Shown here piece by piece: positions 39,124 to 48,004 of a DNA stretch of 64,000 nucleotides; position 1 is the stretch's first letter; each line of letters opens with the position of its first letter. Source of the DNA: Vampirovibrionaceae bacterium NZW_1234. GTDB lineage: Bacteria > Cyanobacteriota > Vampirovibrionia > Vampirovibrionales > JAGQHJ01. Below the pieces are notes generated by a model. The model saw only the letters and a list, made by a program, of their open reading frames with translations. It did not search any database and was not told the DNA's origin. Made by a program: the position numbers and the translations under genes. The stretch spans positions 64,001-128,000 of the forward strand of contig JBGUGD010000014.1 of the NCBI GenBank assembly GCA_041697335.1, read 5' to 3'.

Positions 39124-41052
39124 CTACCAGTATCCACGAACCTTGGTGGCTCTTTCAACCTTTTTAAAGACGTGCTGTTTACGCTTTATCTCGTCCAGAT
39201 CTTTCTCTAAGCGAGAACGAATGGCCGTCTCCGGGTTGTCGCCTTGCTTGGCCAGGAAAATGCTGGGCTGATCCATGGCCTGGGCAATTTGAAGCGGTGA
39301 GCCTTCGAAAACCAACAACGGTCCGGCCTGCTCCGGGATCGGGGTTCCGGCTTCCGGCGGGGGTACCTGAGGCGGAACTTCCGGCGGATTCTCCGGCGGC
39401 GGCGGAGGCGGCGGTGGGGGTGGTGGAGGCACATTACAGACCTTGGGTTTGGGAGCAAAGCCCAATTCACCGGCCTTGGCAATCTCAATCTTTTTGCAAG
39501 GGCCGCAACCCACGATATTGCCTAAACCGCCTTTGACACTAAACTTGTTTCCATTGGCCAGGAAAACATAGGGGTTGGGGGTTTCAATACGCCCGCCCTG
39601 ACCACCGTTGCCCCGGCTTCCGGGTAAAATACCGCCATCACCGCCATTGCCACCTGTGGCAATAACTTTTCCGGTTGCTTCCCCGGTCACGGTTTCATCA
39701 AAGCTGGAAATACCAATAAAGCCACCGTTGCCACCATTGCCACCACGGCCGAAAAGGGCATTGGTGTCGCCCCCGTTACCGCCCTTGGCTTCCACGGTAC
39801 CGGAATTATGCATGTGGTGTGGGGCTACAAAGTAGATTTTTCCGCCATCGCCGCCTTCACCGCCTTGGAAGCCCGTGGCGCCATCGGCCCCATTGGCTTG
39901 CACCAGACCCTGGTTAATGACATCGCCACTGTAGGTGGATTCCAGGTTCTGTAAACTGGTTGCCAAGCGGGTTCCGTCCTGTTGGGAGAAAATGGCGTTG
40001 TTGCCTTGCGAGGCGTTTTGCACAGCGGTAATCGCAGTTGCATTCTCAGCGTTGTCGGTTGCAATGATACGAATCACACCGCCATCGGAGGCTGGAGCAT
40101 TGCTGGCCGACGGAGCCGGAATGGAGGCCAGATGCTGATGCGTATTAATCAAGGCAATATCACTGTTCCCGGCCTTGGGATCGTTCTTGGCCATCCCGTT
40201 GGCACGGATAATACCGGAGTTGTTGACCAGGCCGCCCTCAATGTGAATGACGCTGGCATCATAGTTGATGACCCGACCGGAAGCATCCAGGTAGGCACCG
40301 GCTTGGACGTTAACCGACCCGGTGGCTTTAATATCAATCTTTCCGGCATTGCCGCCAAAGCCCATCGCCGTAATCTTGGCTTGAGGACCAAAGGTGGCCG
40401 CCCCGACGTTGAAGGACACCTGACCGCCATTGACCCCGTTGGCAAAGACGTTACCGGTCTGATAGAGGTAGGCGGAATTAATGGTGACGCTGCCACCATT
40501 GCCGGTGTAGAACGTGCCATTTTTAATGGCGCTGACATCAATCGTTCCGTCCACTCGGACAACGCCGCCCGGGGCATTAAAGACCATCCGACCGCCATTG
40601 CCGGTGGGGATTCCGGCAGCGTTGGATTCCAGGCCTCGGACAACCACCCCGGCACCAACCACCAGGTTGCCGCCCGGGTTTTGAAACACGGTCTGGCCAG
40701 TGGGGGTATTGTAGTACACCCCGCCCTGAATGTTCTGTCCGGTATTGACGGAGTTCACATCACCAGGGGCGCCTTGTGCCATAGGCACAGCCGCAATGGC
40801 CATACTCATTGCCACGGTCACCGGTAAAATTACCCGTTGAACGGTGGCTAATTCTAAACGCTTTGCCAAATGGTCGTTGTCATCTTCGGTCTGCAGCCAC
40901 ATGGACTGGTAGGATGCAAAAGGCATCGCATATTGAACCGGAGCCGAAACAGGATGTTCAAGAATACCGTGCATTTCGCTGGAAACAGCAAATCGAGCCG
41001 CCATGGCAGCTTTTTGCATTTTCAGTTGTCGACGCTGTTTCTTACGACTCAT
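39124..41052 (-). CDS. Secreted Gly/Asn-rich filamentous-haemagglutinin-like beta-helix protein
   Basis: Extended signal peptide ending PMAQG-A; repeats GNGGxVxI/GxIxANG; poly-Pro linker; ATG 41052 follows AGGAAAGAAGAGAG. Confidence 0.65.
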   Translation of the reverse strand: MSRKKQRRQLKMQKAAMAARFAVSSEMHGILEHPVSAPVQYAMPFASYQSMWLQTEDDNDHLAKRLELATVQRVILPVTVAMSMAIAAVPMAQGAPGDVNSVNTGQNIQGGVYYNTPTGQTVFQNPGGNLVVGAGVVVRGLESNAAGIPTGNGGRMVFNAPGGVVRVDGTIDVSAIKNGTFYTGNGGSVTINSAYLYQTGNVFANGVNGGQVSFNVGAATFGPQAKITAMGFGGNAGKIDIKATGSVNVQAGAYLDASGRVINYDASVIHIEGGLVNNSGIIRANGMAKNDPKAGNSDIALINTHQHLASIPAPSASNAPASDGGVIRIIATDNAENATAITAVQNASQGNNAIFSQQDGTRLATSLQNLESTYSGDVINQGLVQANGADGATGFQGGEGGDGGKIYFVAPHHMHNSGTVEAKGGNGGDTNALFGRGGNGGNGGFIGISSFDETVTGEATGKVIATGGNGGDGGILPGSRGNGGQGGRIETPNPYVFLANGNKFSVKGGLGNIVGCGPCKKIEIAKAGELGFAPKPKVCNVPPPPPPPPPPPPENPPEVPPQVPPPEAGTPIPEQAGPLLVFEGSPLQIAQAMDQPSIFLAKQGDNPETAIRSRLEKDLDEIKRKQHVFKKVERATKVRGYW

Positions 41053-41450
41053 ACTCTCTTCTTTCCTAACGGGGCCAAGTAACGACAAACTACCGTTTTT
41101 ATATTCTATATATAGATAAAAACAAATATTTGATTAATATTGTTATCACATTAACAAATATTACAGCCCAAGCATTTTTTCTGACCGCTCGGCCAAACCC
41201 ACCGGGTCTTTACCCTAATGCGCACCCACCCGGCCCAAGCCCACTCTATCCAGACCAACCCCTTGCAGAATTCAGACATTGACTTCCCACCAAACCCCAA
41301 AAGCCTTATTACGTTTGAATTCAGCCCCCTGCGGGAATAATACACTAAAACCCCAAGCCGCTCCCCGCCTTTGTGCCTTCTTTCACCGGCATTTCAAGAA
41401 ATTCGCCGAACGGTCAACATCCCCCAACCCCAAGTGGAACCCGCAGAAAC

Positions 41451-41767
41451 TGAGTAAAAATGAGTAAACCTGAGTAAAAATCCGCAAATCAATCAAAGAT
41501 GAGTAAAAATGAGTAAAAATCCCCCAAATCAAACCAAAGATGAGTAAAAACTGAGTAGAAATCCGCCAAATCAAACCAAAGATGAGTAAAAAATGAGTAG
41601 AAATCCGTCAAAACAAACCAAACATGAGTAAAAATGAGTAGAAATCCGTCAAAACAAACCAAACATAAGTAAAAATGAGTAGAAATCCCCCAAATCAAAT
41701 CAAAAATGAGTAGAAATGAGTAAAAATCTGCCAAACCCAATCAAACGTGAGTAAAACGCAGTAGAAA
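41451..41767. repeat. Non-coding tandem array of ~41-bp units, each with two TGAGTA(A/G)AAA boxes and a 19-21-bp C/A-rich linker
   Basis: Unit starts 41461, 41500, 41541, 41583, 41625, 41666, 41707, 41748; consensus TGAGTAAAAA TGAGTAGAAA TCCGCCAAATCAAACCAAAGA. Confidence 0.95.
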
Positions 41768-41778
41768 CCAGCCGATAG
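41752..41778 (+). promoter_or_regulatory. Sigma28 (FliA/SigD)-consensus promoter at the end of the array
   Basis: TAAA(41752-55)-N15-GCCGATAG(41771-78). Confidence 0.4.
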
Positions 41779-41790
41779 GACAAAGACGTT

Positions 41791-42270
41791 TTAACTCACC
41801 GTCTCCGCCTGGGACCCACTGAGCCACTGATCCAGGCTAAAGGGTGTCCGGGGCTTCCAAACCAGATAGGCTGCGGCCAACAGAAACAGCACGTCCCGGA
41901 TCACCAGGGCTGGGCCCACCGGCTCAGACACCCCGCCAATGTAACACCCACAGTCCGGCGTTTCGCCTCGGGCCAGCACCATCCCGATGGCCACCAGAAA
42001 ACTCAATAGCTGCAACCCAGTCAACACCGCCGCAAAACGGACGAAAAGCCCGATCAAGAGGTAGACTCCGACCAAAATCTCAGCCCACGGCAAAACCTGG
42101 CTGTAGAAATACGTCAGTGCCGGGGTCAGGACATGATAGCCTTGGGCTGCCTGAACAAAGGCCTCCATGTTTAAAAACTTCTGAACCCCGCTGGACAGAA
42201 ACACCGCCCCCAACACCAATCGCAAGACCAGGGGGAAATAACGCTTGACCGGTTCAAATAAGGGACCCAT
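41791..42270 (-). CDS. MauE/DoxX family membrane protein
   Basis: RLVLGAVFLSSGVQK, LPWAEILVG, DCGCY, IRD. Confidence 0.9.
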   Translation of the reverse strand: MGPLFEPVKRYFPLVLRLVLGAVFLSSGVQKFLNMEAFVQAAQGYHVLTPALTYFYSQVLPWAEILVGVYLLIGLFVRFAAVLTGLQLLSFLVAIGMVLARGETPDCGCYIGGVSEPVGPALVIRDVLFLLAAAYLVWKPRTPFSLDQWLSGSQAETVS

Positions 42271-42300
42271 AGTAACTCAAATATCCTATACAATAGAGCT

Positions 42301-42900
42301 ATGAAGACACATTCCTTACGGACCTCTCTTATTATTGTAACCGCTCTGTACTGTCTTGGGGCGGTCGGGTTTGGAGTCTATCAAACCCAGGCCCATCCGG
42401 AAGCCTATGCCCCCAAGCCGACGGCGGCAGCCCCCTCCGGAGAAGCACCGGCTCCTGAGCCGCCTCCCTTGCCCGTTGGGACCCAGGCCCCGGATTTTAC
42501 CCTCACCGATTTGCAGGGCCAACCCCATGCCTTGTCTCATTACCGGAACCAGCAGCAGTGGGTCTTGCTGGAAGTCTTTGCAACCTGGTGCCCGCACTGC
42601 CAGCACAGCGTCCCCATTATGGAAACCTTGAATGCCATGGCCCCGAATAAACTCAAAGTGCTGGCCATCAACGTGGGCGACAAACCCGGAACGGCATCCA
42701 CGGCCAAAGCCTTCCAGGATTATTTCAAACTGACCTACACCATTTTGGATAAACCGACCCCCGAGTTTCTCAAAGACTATAAAGTAGCACGCATTCCGGC
42801 CACCTACCTGATTCAGCCCGATGGCACCATTGCCTGGGGCCACCAGGGAACCTTAACCCCGGCTCAAGTTGACGAAATCCAACGTCTCGTCAAACCCTAG
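42301..42900 (+). CDS. TlpA/ResA-like membrane-anchored thioredoxin-fold protein
   Basis: APDFTLTDLQG, FATWCPHC, IPATYLIQPDG. Confidence 0.92.
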   Translation: MKTHSLRTSLIIVTALYCLGAVGFGVYQTQAHPEAYAPKPTAAAPSGEAPAPEPPPLPVGTQAPDFTLTDLQGQPHALSHYRNQQQWVLLEVFATWCPHCQHSVPIMETLNAMAPNKLKVLAINVGDKPGTASTAKAFQDYFKLTYTILDKPTPEFLKDYKVARIPATYLIQPDGTIAWGHQGTLTPAQVDEIQRLVKP

Positions 42901-43444
42901 CCCGCCCCCTCTTTTGTCGGCCTAGGCGCGTTTGACTCGGAGCTTGTTTATACATCCAAAAAAATTGATTATGTTTTGCCGAGACCTGTCATCAAACCCA
43001 ACGCCAATGCGTTTATACAACTAGAGACACGCAAAGAGTTAAGGGGTCTGTATGAGAGTGAATGTTCATGAGACTTTTGCTGAAACATCCGCGCAACACG
43101 CCAAGGAATTAGTGGTTTATTCCTTAAAATCGATTTTGTCGACGGTCTTGAGCCATCAATACTCGACCCCGTTGGGCTATCTGATGGAAACGCCCTCGAC
43201 GCAGAATTAATACCGGTCTGCTTCTCCTTTTTTCTCCTTTCCTTTTCACCTCGTTCCTCCAGATTTCCGGGTCACTCGACTCACCTGACCCACGACCTGG
43301 AAGTCTCGATCGCATGGACACCTCGGCTGCCCGACCTACCCGGCCGAGGTGTTCGCATACCCCTCTAAAATACATTTGATAGAGGGTCATTCCGAAAACT
43401 TCAGCCTCCATAATGATTTAAATTACCAACAAACATTTTTTATA

Positions 43445-44074
43445 ATGGTTATCGATTTAGGCCTTCCCTATTCCGAAATTTCAGCCTCACACACCCATAC
43501 GTATCTGTGGAAACCCATAGTCAAACTGATCCGGGAAAATCTAAAGAATACGGATTCCCCTATACTCGACTGTGGATGTGGTAATGGCGCGTTTACAGCG
43601 CAATTGCTTCAACAGGGATTAAATGCCTATGGGATTGATAATTCCACCTCCGGCATCGCCTTAGCGAAAGATCACTTTGATGCAGCCCGCTTTGCTGTTG
43701 GCTCAGCATATGCCCCTATTCCGCAAGAGCTCAGTCATCAGACGTTTGATTTGATCGTTTCTCTTGAAGTCATCGAGCATTTGATTTCACCCCAGCAATT
43801 TATTAAAAACCTGTATGACGCTCTGAACCCTGGTGGCATTTTAATCCTGACAACACCGTATCATGGCTATCTCAAAAATCTTTGCATCGCTGTAACGAAT
43901 AAATTCGATAGTCACTTTGACCCACTCTGGGAAGGCGGGCACATTAAATTCTGGTCGTTCAAAACTCTCTCGAAGTTGCTTGAAGAGAACCACTTTAAGG
44001 TTATTCAGCATAAAGGAGCAGGGAGGGTGCCCTATTTATGGAAATCCATGATTCTGGTAGCAACAAAAGACTAA
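43445..44074 (+). CDS. Class I SAM-dependent methyltransferase (UbiG/Methyltransf_23-like)
   Basis: ILDCGCGNG, GIDNS, FDLIVSLEVIEH, LNPGG, TTPYHGY. Confidence 0.9.
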   Translation: MVIDLGLPYSEISASHTHTYLWKPIVKLIRENLKNTDSPILDCGCGNGAFTAQLLQQGLNAYGIDNSTSGIALAKDHFDAARFAVGSAYAPIPQELSHQTFDLIVSLEVIEHLISPQQFIKNLYDALNPGGILILTTPYHGYLKNLCIAVTNKFDSHFDPLWEGGHIKFWSFKTLSKLLEENHFKVIQHKGAGRVPYLWKSMILVATKD

Positions 44075-44076
44075 CA

Positions 44077-44118
44077 ATAACCCCTTAAAGTAGCCTTAAT
44101 GGCACTTCAAGGGGTTAT
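44077..44118. terminator. Hairpin between convergent genes
   Basis: ATAACCCCTT...AAGGGGTTAT with inner pairing. Confidence 0.55.
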
Positions 44119-44143
44119 GTATTTCCGTCAAGAACGCGTGAAA

Positions 44144-45274
44144 TTATCGCTGGTCGAGGGCGATGAATTCGCGGTGTTTGGGGCCTTCATAGATGGACTT
44201 CGGGCGGATCAGGCGGTTGTTGTCCAACTGCTCGATGACGTGGGCGGCCCAACCGGCAATCCGACTGGCTGCAAACATCGGGGTGTACAGCGGAATCGGC
44301 AGACCCATCAAGTAGTAAATGTAAGAAGTGGGGAAATCGACGTTGGGGAAGATGTTCTTCTCACGCAACATCACTTCTTCCACTTTGGAAGCCATCTGGT
44401 GCCATTTGGTGTCGTTGAGTTCACGGGACAACTCTTCGCCCATCTGCTTCAACAACGGCGCCCGGGTGTCGCCTTTTTTGTAAACCCGGTGGCCAAAGCC
44501 CATAATCTTATGCTTGCGAGCCAAGGCGTCCATAATCCAGGGTTCGGCGTTTTCGACGGTGCCAATTTCCTGGAGCATCTTCATGGCCTCTTCATTGGCT
44601 CCCCCGTGGAGCGACCCTTTCAAGGTGCCGATAGCGGCCGTAATGGCAGAGTGCATGTCCGATAAAGTGGAGCTGGTCACCCGGGCACAGAAGGTGGAGG
44701 CGTTAAACCCATGCTCGGCATACAGAATAAAGGTGGCATCCAGGATACGGCCCACCAGCTCAGACGGCTTCTCGCCTTTCAACATGTAGAAAAAGTTGGC
44801 CGCATGGCCCAATTCCGGACTCGGTTGAATGGGCTCCTGACCATTAAAAATCCGATAGGCCGCAGTAATAATGGTCGGCATTTTGGCCGTCAGCCGGATG
44901 GCTTTTTCCACATTGGCCTCGTGAGACAAGTCCTGAGCCTGCGGATCGAAATGCGCCAGTAGGGACACACAGGAGCGCAACACGTCCATATAGTTACTGG
45001 TTTTGGGCAGAGAGCGGATCAGGGAAACCACTTCAGCCGGCAAGGCAGCGTGTTCTTTCAGCTTACGCTGGAACTCGGCCAATTGGGCTTTGTTGGGCAA
45101 ATCTTCATGCAACAGGAGGTACGCCACTTCTTCGTAGGTGGCTTTGTGGGCCAAGTCACGAATCTCGTACCCGCGATAAGTCAAGCTGTCGATATCGGGA
45201 TTGACTTGGGAAATCTTACTGACGCCGGCAATAACACCTTCTAAGCCGGGACTGTAGGTTTGTGTTGCTTCCAT
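44144..45274 (-). CDS. prpC: 2-methylcitrate synthase / citrate synthase
   Basis: PGLEGV, YAEHGFNAST, LHGGAN, MGFGHRVY, PNVDF; operon with prpB and prpD. Confidence 0.85.
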   Translation of the reverse strand: MEATQTYSPGLEGVIAGVSKISQVNPDIDSLTYRGYEIRDLAHKATYEEVAYLLLHEDLPNKAQLAEFQRKLKEHAALPAEVVSLIRSLPKTSNYMDVLRSCVSLLAHFDPQAQDLSHEANVEKAIRLTAKMPTIITAAYRIFNGQEPIQPSPELGHAANFFYMLKGEKPSELVGRILDATFILYAEHGFNASTFCARVTSSTLSDMHSAITAAIGTLKGSLHGGANEEAMKMLQEIGTVENAEPWIMDALARKHKIMGFGHRVYKKGDTRAPLLKQMGEELSRELNDTKWHQMASKVEEVMLREKNIFPNVDFPTSYIYYLMGLPIPLYTPMFAASRIAGWAAHVIEQLDNNRLIRPKSIYEGPKHREFIALDQR

Positions 45275-45302
45275 CTGTCTGCTCCTCGCTTACATCAAAA
45301 TC

Positions 45303-46238
45303 TTATTTCTGTAGCACGTTGGACGGGTCTTCCGATGACCGATAGGATAAACACTGTCTTGACAGTTGCTTATCCAGGGTATCGTAACCGGGATAGTCAA
45401 TCAACTGGTAAAGTTCCTGACGTGTCTGCATGCGATCCAAAAACCCCCGTTGTGTTCCGGTCTCCTTAAGTTCAACTAACACATCCCGGACCGCCTTCAT
45501 CATGACACGAAAGGCCGTCATCGGAAAGATGACGATCTTGTAGCCCAAGGCATCGAAATCCTGGGCTGAGAGGTAGGGGCTCTTTCCAAACTCGGTCATA
45601 TTGGCCAGAAGCGGCACTTGAACCGCTTTGGCAAAGCGGGCGAACTCGTCTTCAGACTGCATGGCCTCGGGAAAGATCATATCGGCTCCGGCCTCGACAT
45701 AGGCTTTGGCTCGGGCAATGGCATCATCCAGATCGGTGACGGCACGGGCATCGACCCGACCGATAATGACAAAATCCGGATTCTGTCGAGCCTGAACGGC
45801 AGCCGCAATACGGGTCTGCATCTCTTCGATGGAGACCACTTGCTTGCCTTCCAGGTGGCCACAGCGTTTGGGCGCCACCTGATCCTCCAGATGGACCCCG
45901 GCAATGCCGGCCCGCTCAAACTCCTGAATGGTGCGAATCACTTGCATCCCTTCACCATAGCCGGTATCGGCATCGCAAATCACCGGAATATCCACGGCGC
46001 TCGCCACATAGCCAGCAAATTGGACCACTTCGGTCATGGTCAACAGGCCGATGTCCGGGTAGCCGGTCATGCCATTAATCAGCCCGGCACCGGTCAGGTA
46101 GACCCCTTCAAAGCCGACGTCCTGGATTTGCTTTGCCGTAATGGCGTTAAAGGCACCGGGCATGACCAAAATGCCCGGTTGATTTAACCGTTGACGAAGG
46201 GCCTTAGCCATCTGGGTTTTGGGACGATTGAGTGACAT
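45303..46238 (-). CDS. prpB: 2-methylisocitrate lyase
   Basis: DADTGYG, EDQVAPKRCGH, LANMTEFGKSP; start set at ATG 46238. Confidence 0.93.
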   Translation of the reverse strand: MSLNRPKTQMAKALRQRLNQPGILVMPGAFNAITAKQIQDVGFEGVYLTGAGLINGMTGYPDIGLLTMTEVVQFAGYVASAVDIPVICDADTGYGEGMQVIRTIQEFERAGIAGVHLEDQVAPKRCGHLEGKQVVSIEEMQTRIAAAVQARQNPDFVIIGRVDARAVTDLDDAIARAKAYVEAGADMIFPEAMQSEDEFARFAKAVQVPLLANMTEFGKSPYLSAQDFDALGYKIVIFPMTAFRVMMKAVRDVLVELKETGTQRGFLDRMQTRQELYQLIDYPGYDTLDKQLSRQCLSYRSSEDPSNVLQK

Positions 46239-46242
46239 CGGC

Positions 46243-47643
46243 TTAGACCGCAAAGGCTTCAAGGATACTGCCGATTTCATCCTGCTCATCAAGGTGCCAC
46301 AGCTCGTCGAGCACATAGTCGATTTGGGACTTGGACAGCACCCGAGAGGCCAGACGACGGAATTTGTCCTCCACTTCCTTGTCGGTCATGGGGTTTTGGG
46401 CATGACCACGGGGGTAGGTCACTTGCTTCGAAAGGACACGCCCGTCTTTCAAGGTGATTTTCAGCAGGTTGGGAATGCCTTCGGGATAGAGCTTGGTCAG
46501 CTCGGCATTGCGATGCATCCGGATCTTCTGGATCAGCTGGCTGATCTGCGGGTTGGCCAGGTGAGCATCATCAAACTGCTCCAGATCCACCTGCCCGTCA
46601 ATCAGAGCCACGGCAACACAGTAGGGCATGCTGTGGTCGGCGGTTTCACGGCTTTTGGGGAACCATTTTTCCTCTTCCCCGCCAATAATATCGACCGCGG
46701 CATCAAAGGAGTCGATGTCGATGCTGACGATATCCTCAACATTGCCGATTTCCTCACGCAACTGGAGGGCCGCATCAATGGCGCTTTGAGAGTGGTACTC
46801 GGCAGGCCAGAACTTGATGCTGGTCTTGTTAATCATGTAGGGCTCACCGTTGATGCCGCCAAAGGGCGCCAGTTCAAAGGGACCGGACACTTGTTTCTTG
46901 AAACCCATTTCGCCTTCAAAGATATGAGACGGACCACTCATCCCATGCCATGCCAAGCGAGAGGCAAAGACAGCGTTGCGAGAGGCATTGGCAAAGGCAG
47001 CACCTTTCCAGTGAGACAATTCACCCACACGGGTTTGGCGCATAGTCACATTGGGAACGCCAGACAGGGCAACCGCGTGGCGGGTTTCCTCGGGGGTCAG
47101 TTCCAGAATTTTAGCGGCCCCTAACACTGCCGAGAAAGCACCGTAAGTGACATGATCCCAGCCCCGGGCGCGAATGCTGGCTGCATCACACAGACGGCAT
47201 TGCACTTCATAGGCAAGGACAATGGCGGTAATAATTTCACGCCCGGAAGCCATTTCCGGATCGGCAACGGCCAGAACGGCAGCGATGTTATCGCTGGGAT
47301 GCGCCGGCTCCAGGGACAGGTAAGTGTCATTGTAATCCAGGTAGCGCATCAGAACGCCATTGGCAAAAGCGGCCATTTCCGGCGAGGTCTGATGAAACGA
47401 GCCGATGATGGTAGAGCCATAAGAAGGCGCTTCCACCGTATGGGCCAAGGCTCGGGCAATTTTGCCGGGTTCGCCCAGATAAGCGCCCATTGCACAGCCA
47501 AAAGCATCAATCACACGGCGCTTGGCCTCGTGAATGGCTTCCGGGGTCAGCTTTTCGTAGGTCAATTGCTGGCTGTAATTTACCAGATACTCAACAACGG
47601 AATCCTTTTCCGTGACGGCCTTTTTCTCTGCAATGGTGGTCAT
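46243..47643 (-). CDS. prpD: 2-methylcitrate dehydratase (MmgE/PrpD)
   Basis: RYLDYND, HPSDN, GWDH, SHWKG, PAEYH, ETADHS. Confidence 0.9.
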   Translation of the reverse strand: MTTIAEKKAVTEKDSVVEYLVNYSQQLTYEKLTPEAIHEAKRRVIDAFGCAMGAYLGEPGKIARALAHTVEAPSYGSTIIGSFHQTSPEMAAFANGVLMRYLDYNDTYLSLEPAHPSDNIAAVLAVADPEMASGREIITAIVLAYEVQCRLCDAASIRARGWDHVTYGAFSAVLGAAKILELTPEETRHAVALSGVPNVTMRQTRVGELSHWKGAAFANASRNAVFASRLAWHGMSGPSHIFEGEMGFKKQVSGPFELAPFGGINGEPYMINKTSIKFWPAEYHSQSAIDAALQLREEIGNVEDIVSIDIDSFDAAVDIIGGEEEKWFPKSRETADHSMPYCVAVALIDGQVDLEQFDDAHLANPQISQLIQKIRMHRNAELTKLYPEGIPNLLKITLKDGRVLSKQVTYPRGHAQNPMTDKEVEDKFRRLASRVLSKSQIDYVLDELWHLDEQDEIGSILEAFAV

Positions 47644-48004
47644 AAAACGCCTTTCTCCTCCATCAATCTTGGGTTGATGTGATTAACCGTATCGTAGAGA
47701 TAGCGTCAAATCAAGGGGGATTCGTGTTTTCGGCCACTTGGGCAAAGGCTTACCCAAGGGTCGAAAGGAACGCCAAAACCCAGACACTGACCATCAAAGC
47801 GCGCAACATCACTTTTACAACCGGACTCATGGAGAGCCGAGGTCAAGTGCTCTTCAGCGATTCACAGGCACTTTGTCCCATCACTCGCATGTGCCTTTCA
47901 GAATTGTCAGCCAGAAGACAGATCACAATTCTTGTTTCTATTACAACTTGAACAGAGTTAGAAATCCGACACCCACGGCAACAAAGAATAGAGAGGATAA
48001 CCCC

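Noticed and set aside
41383..41740. Minus-strand ORFs 41383-41574 and 41489-41740
   Set aside because: Translations of the tandem repeat; frame shifts between units
41451..41767. CRISPR array
   Set aside because: Linkers are variants of one consensus rather than unique spacers, the period is only ~41 bp, and there are no cas genes
23201..42900. Methylamine dehydrogenase (mau) system from MauM-like, MauE and thioredoxin genes
   Set aside because: Genes are scattered and mauA/mauB/mauG are absent; these families are widespread on their own
47735..47800. c-di-GMP-I riboswitch (GGCAAA...CGAAAG...ACGC)
   Set aside because: No paired P2 stem around the GAAA and no convincing P3
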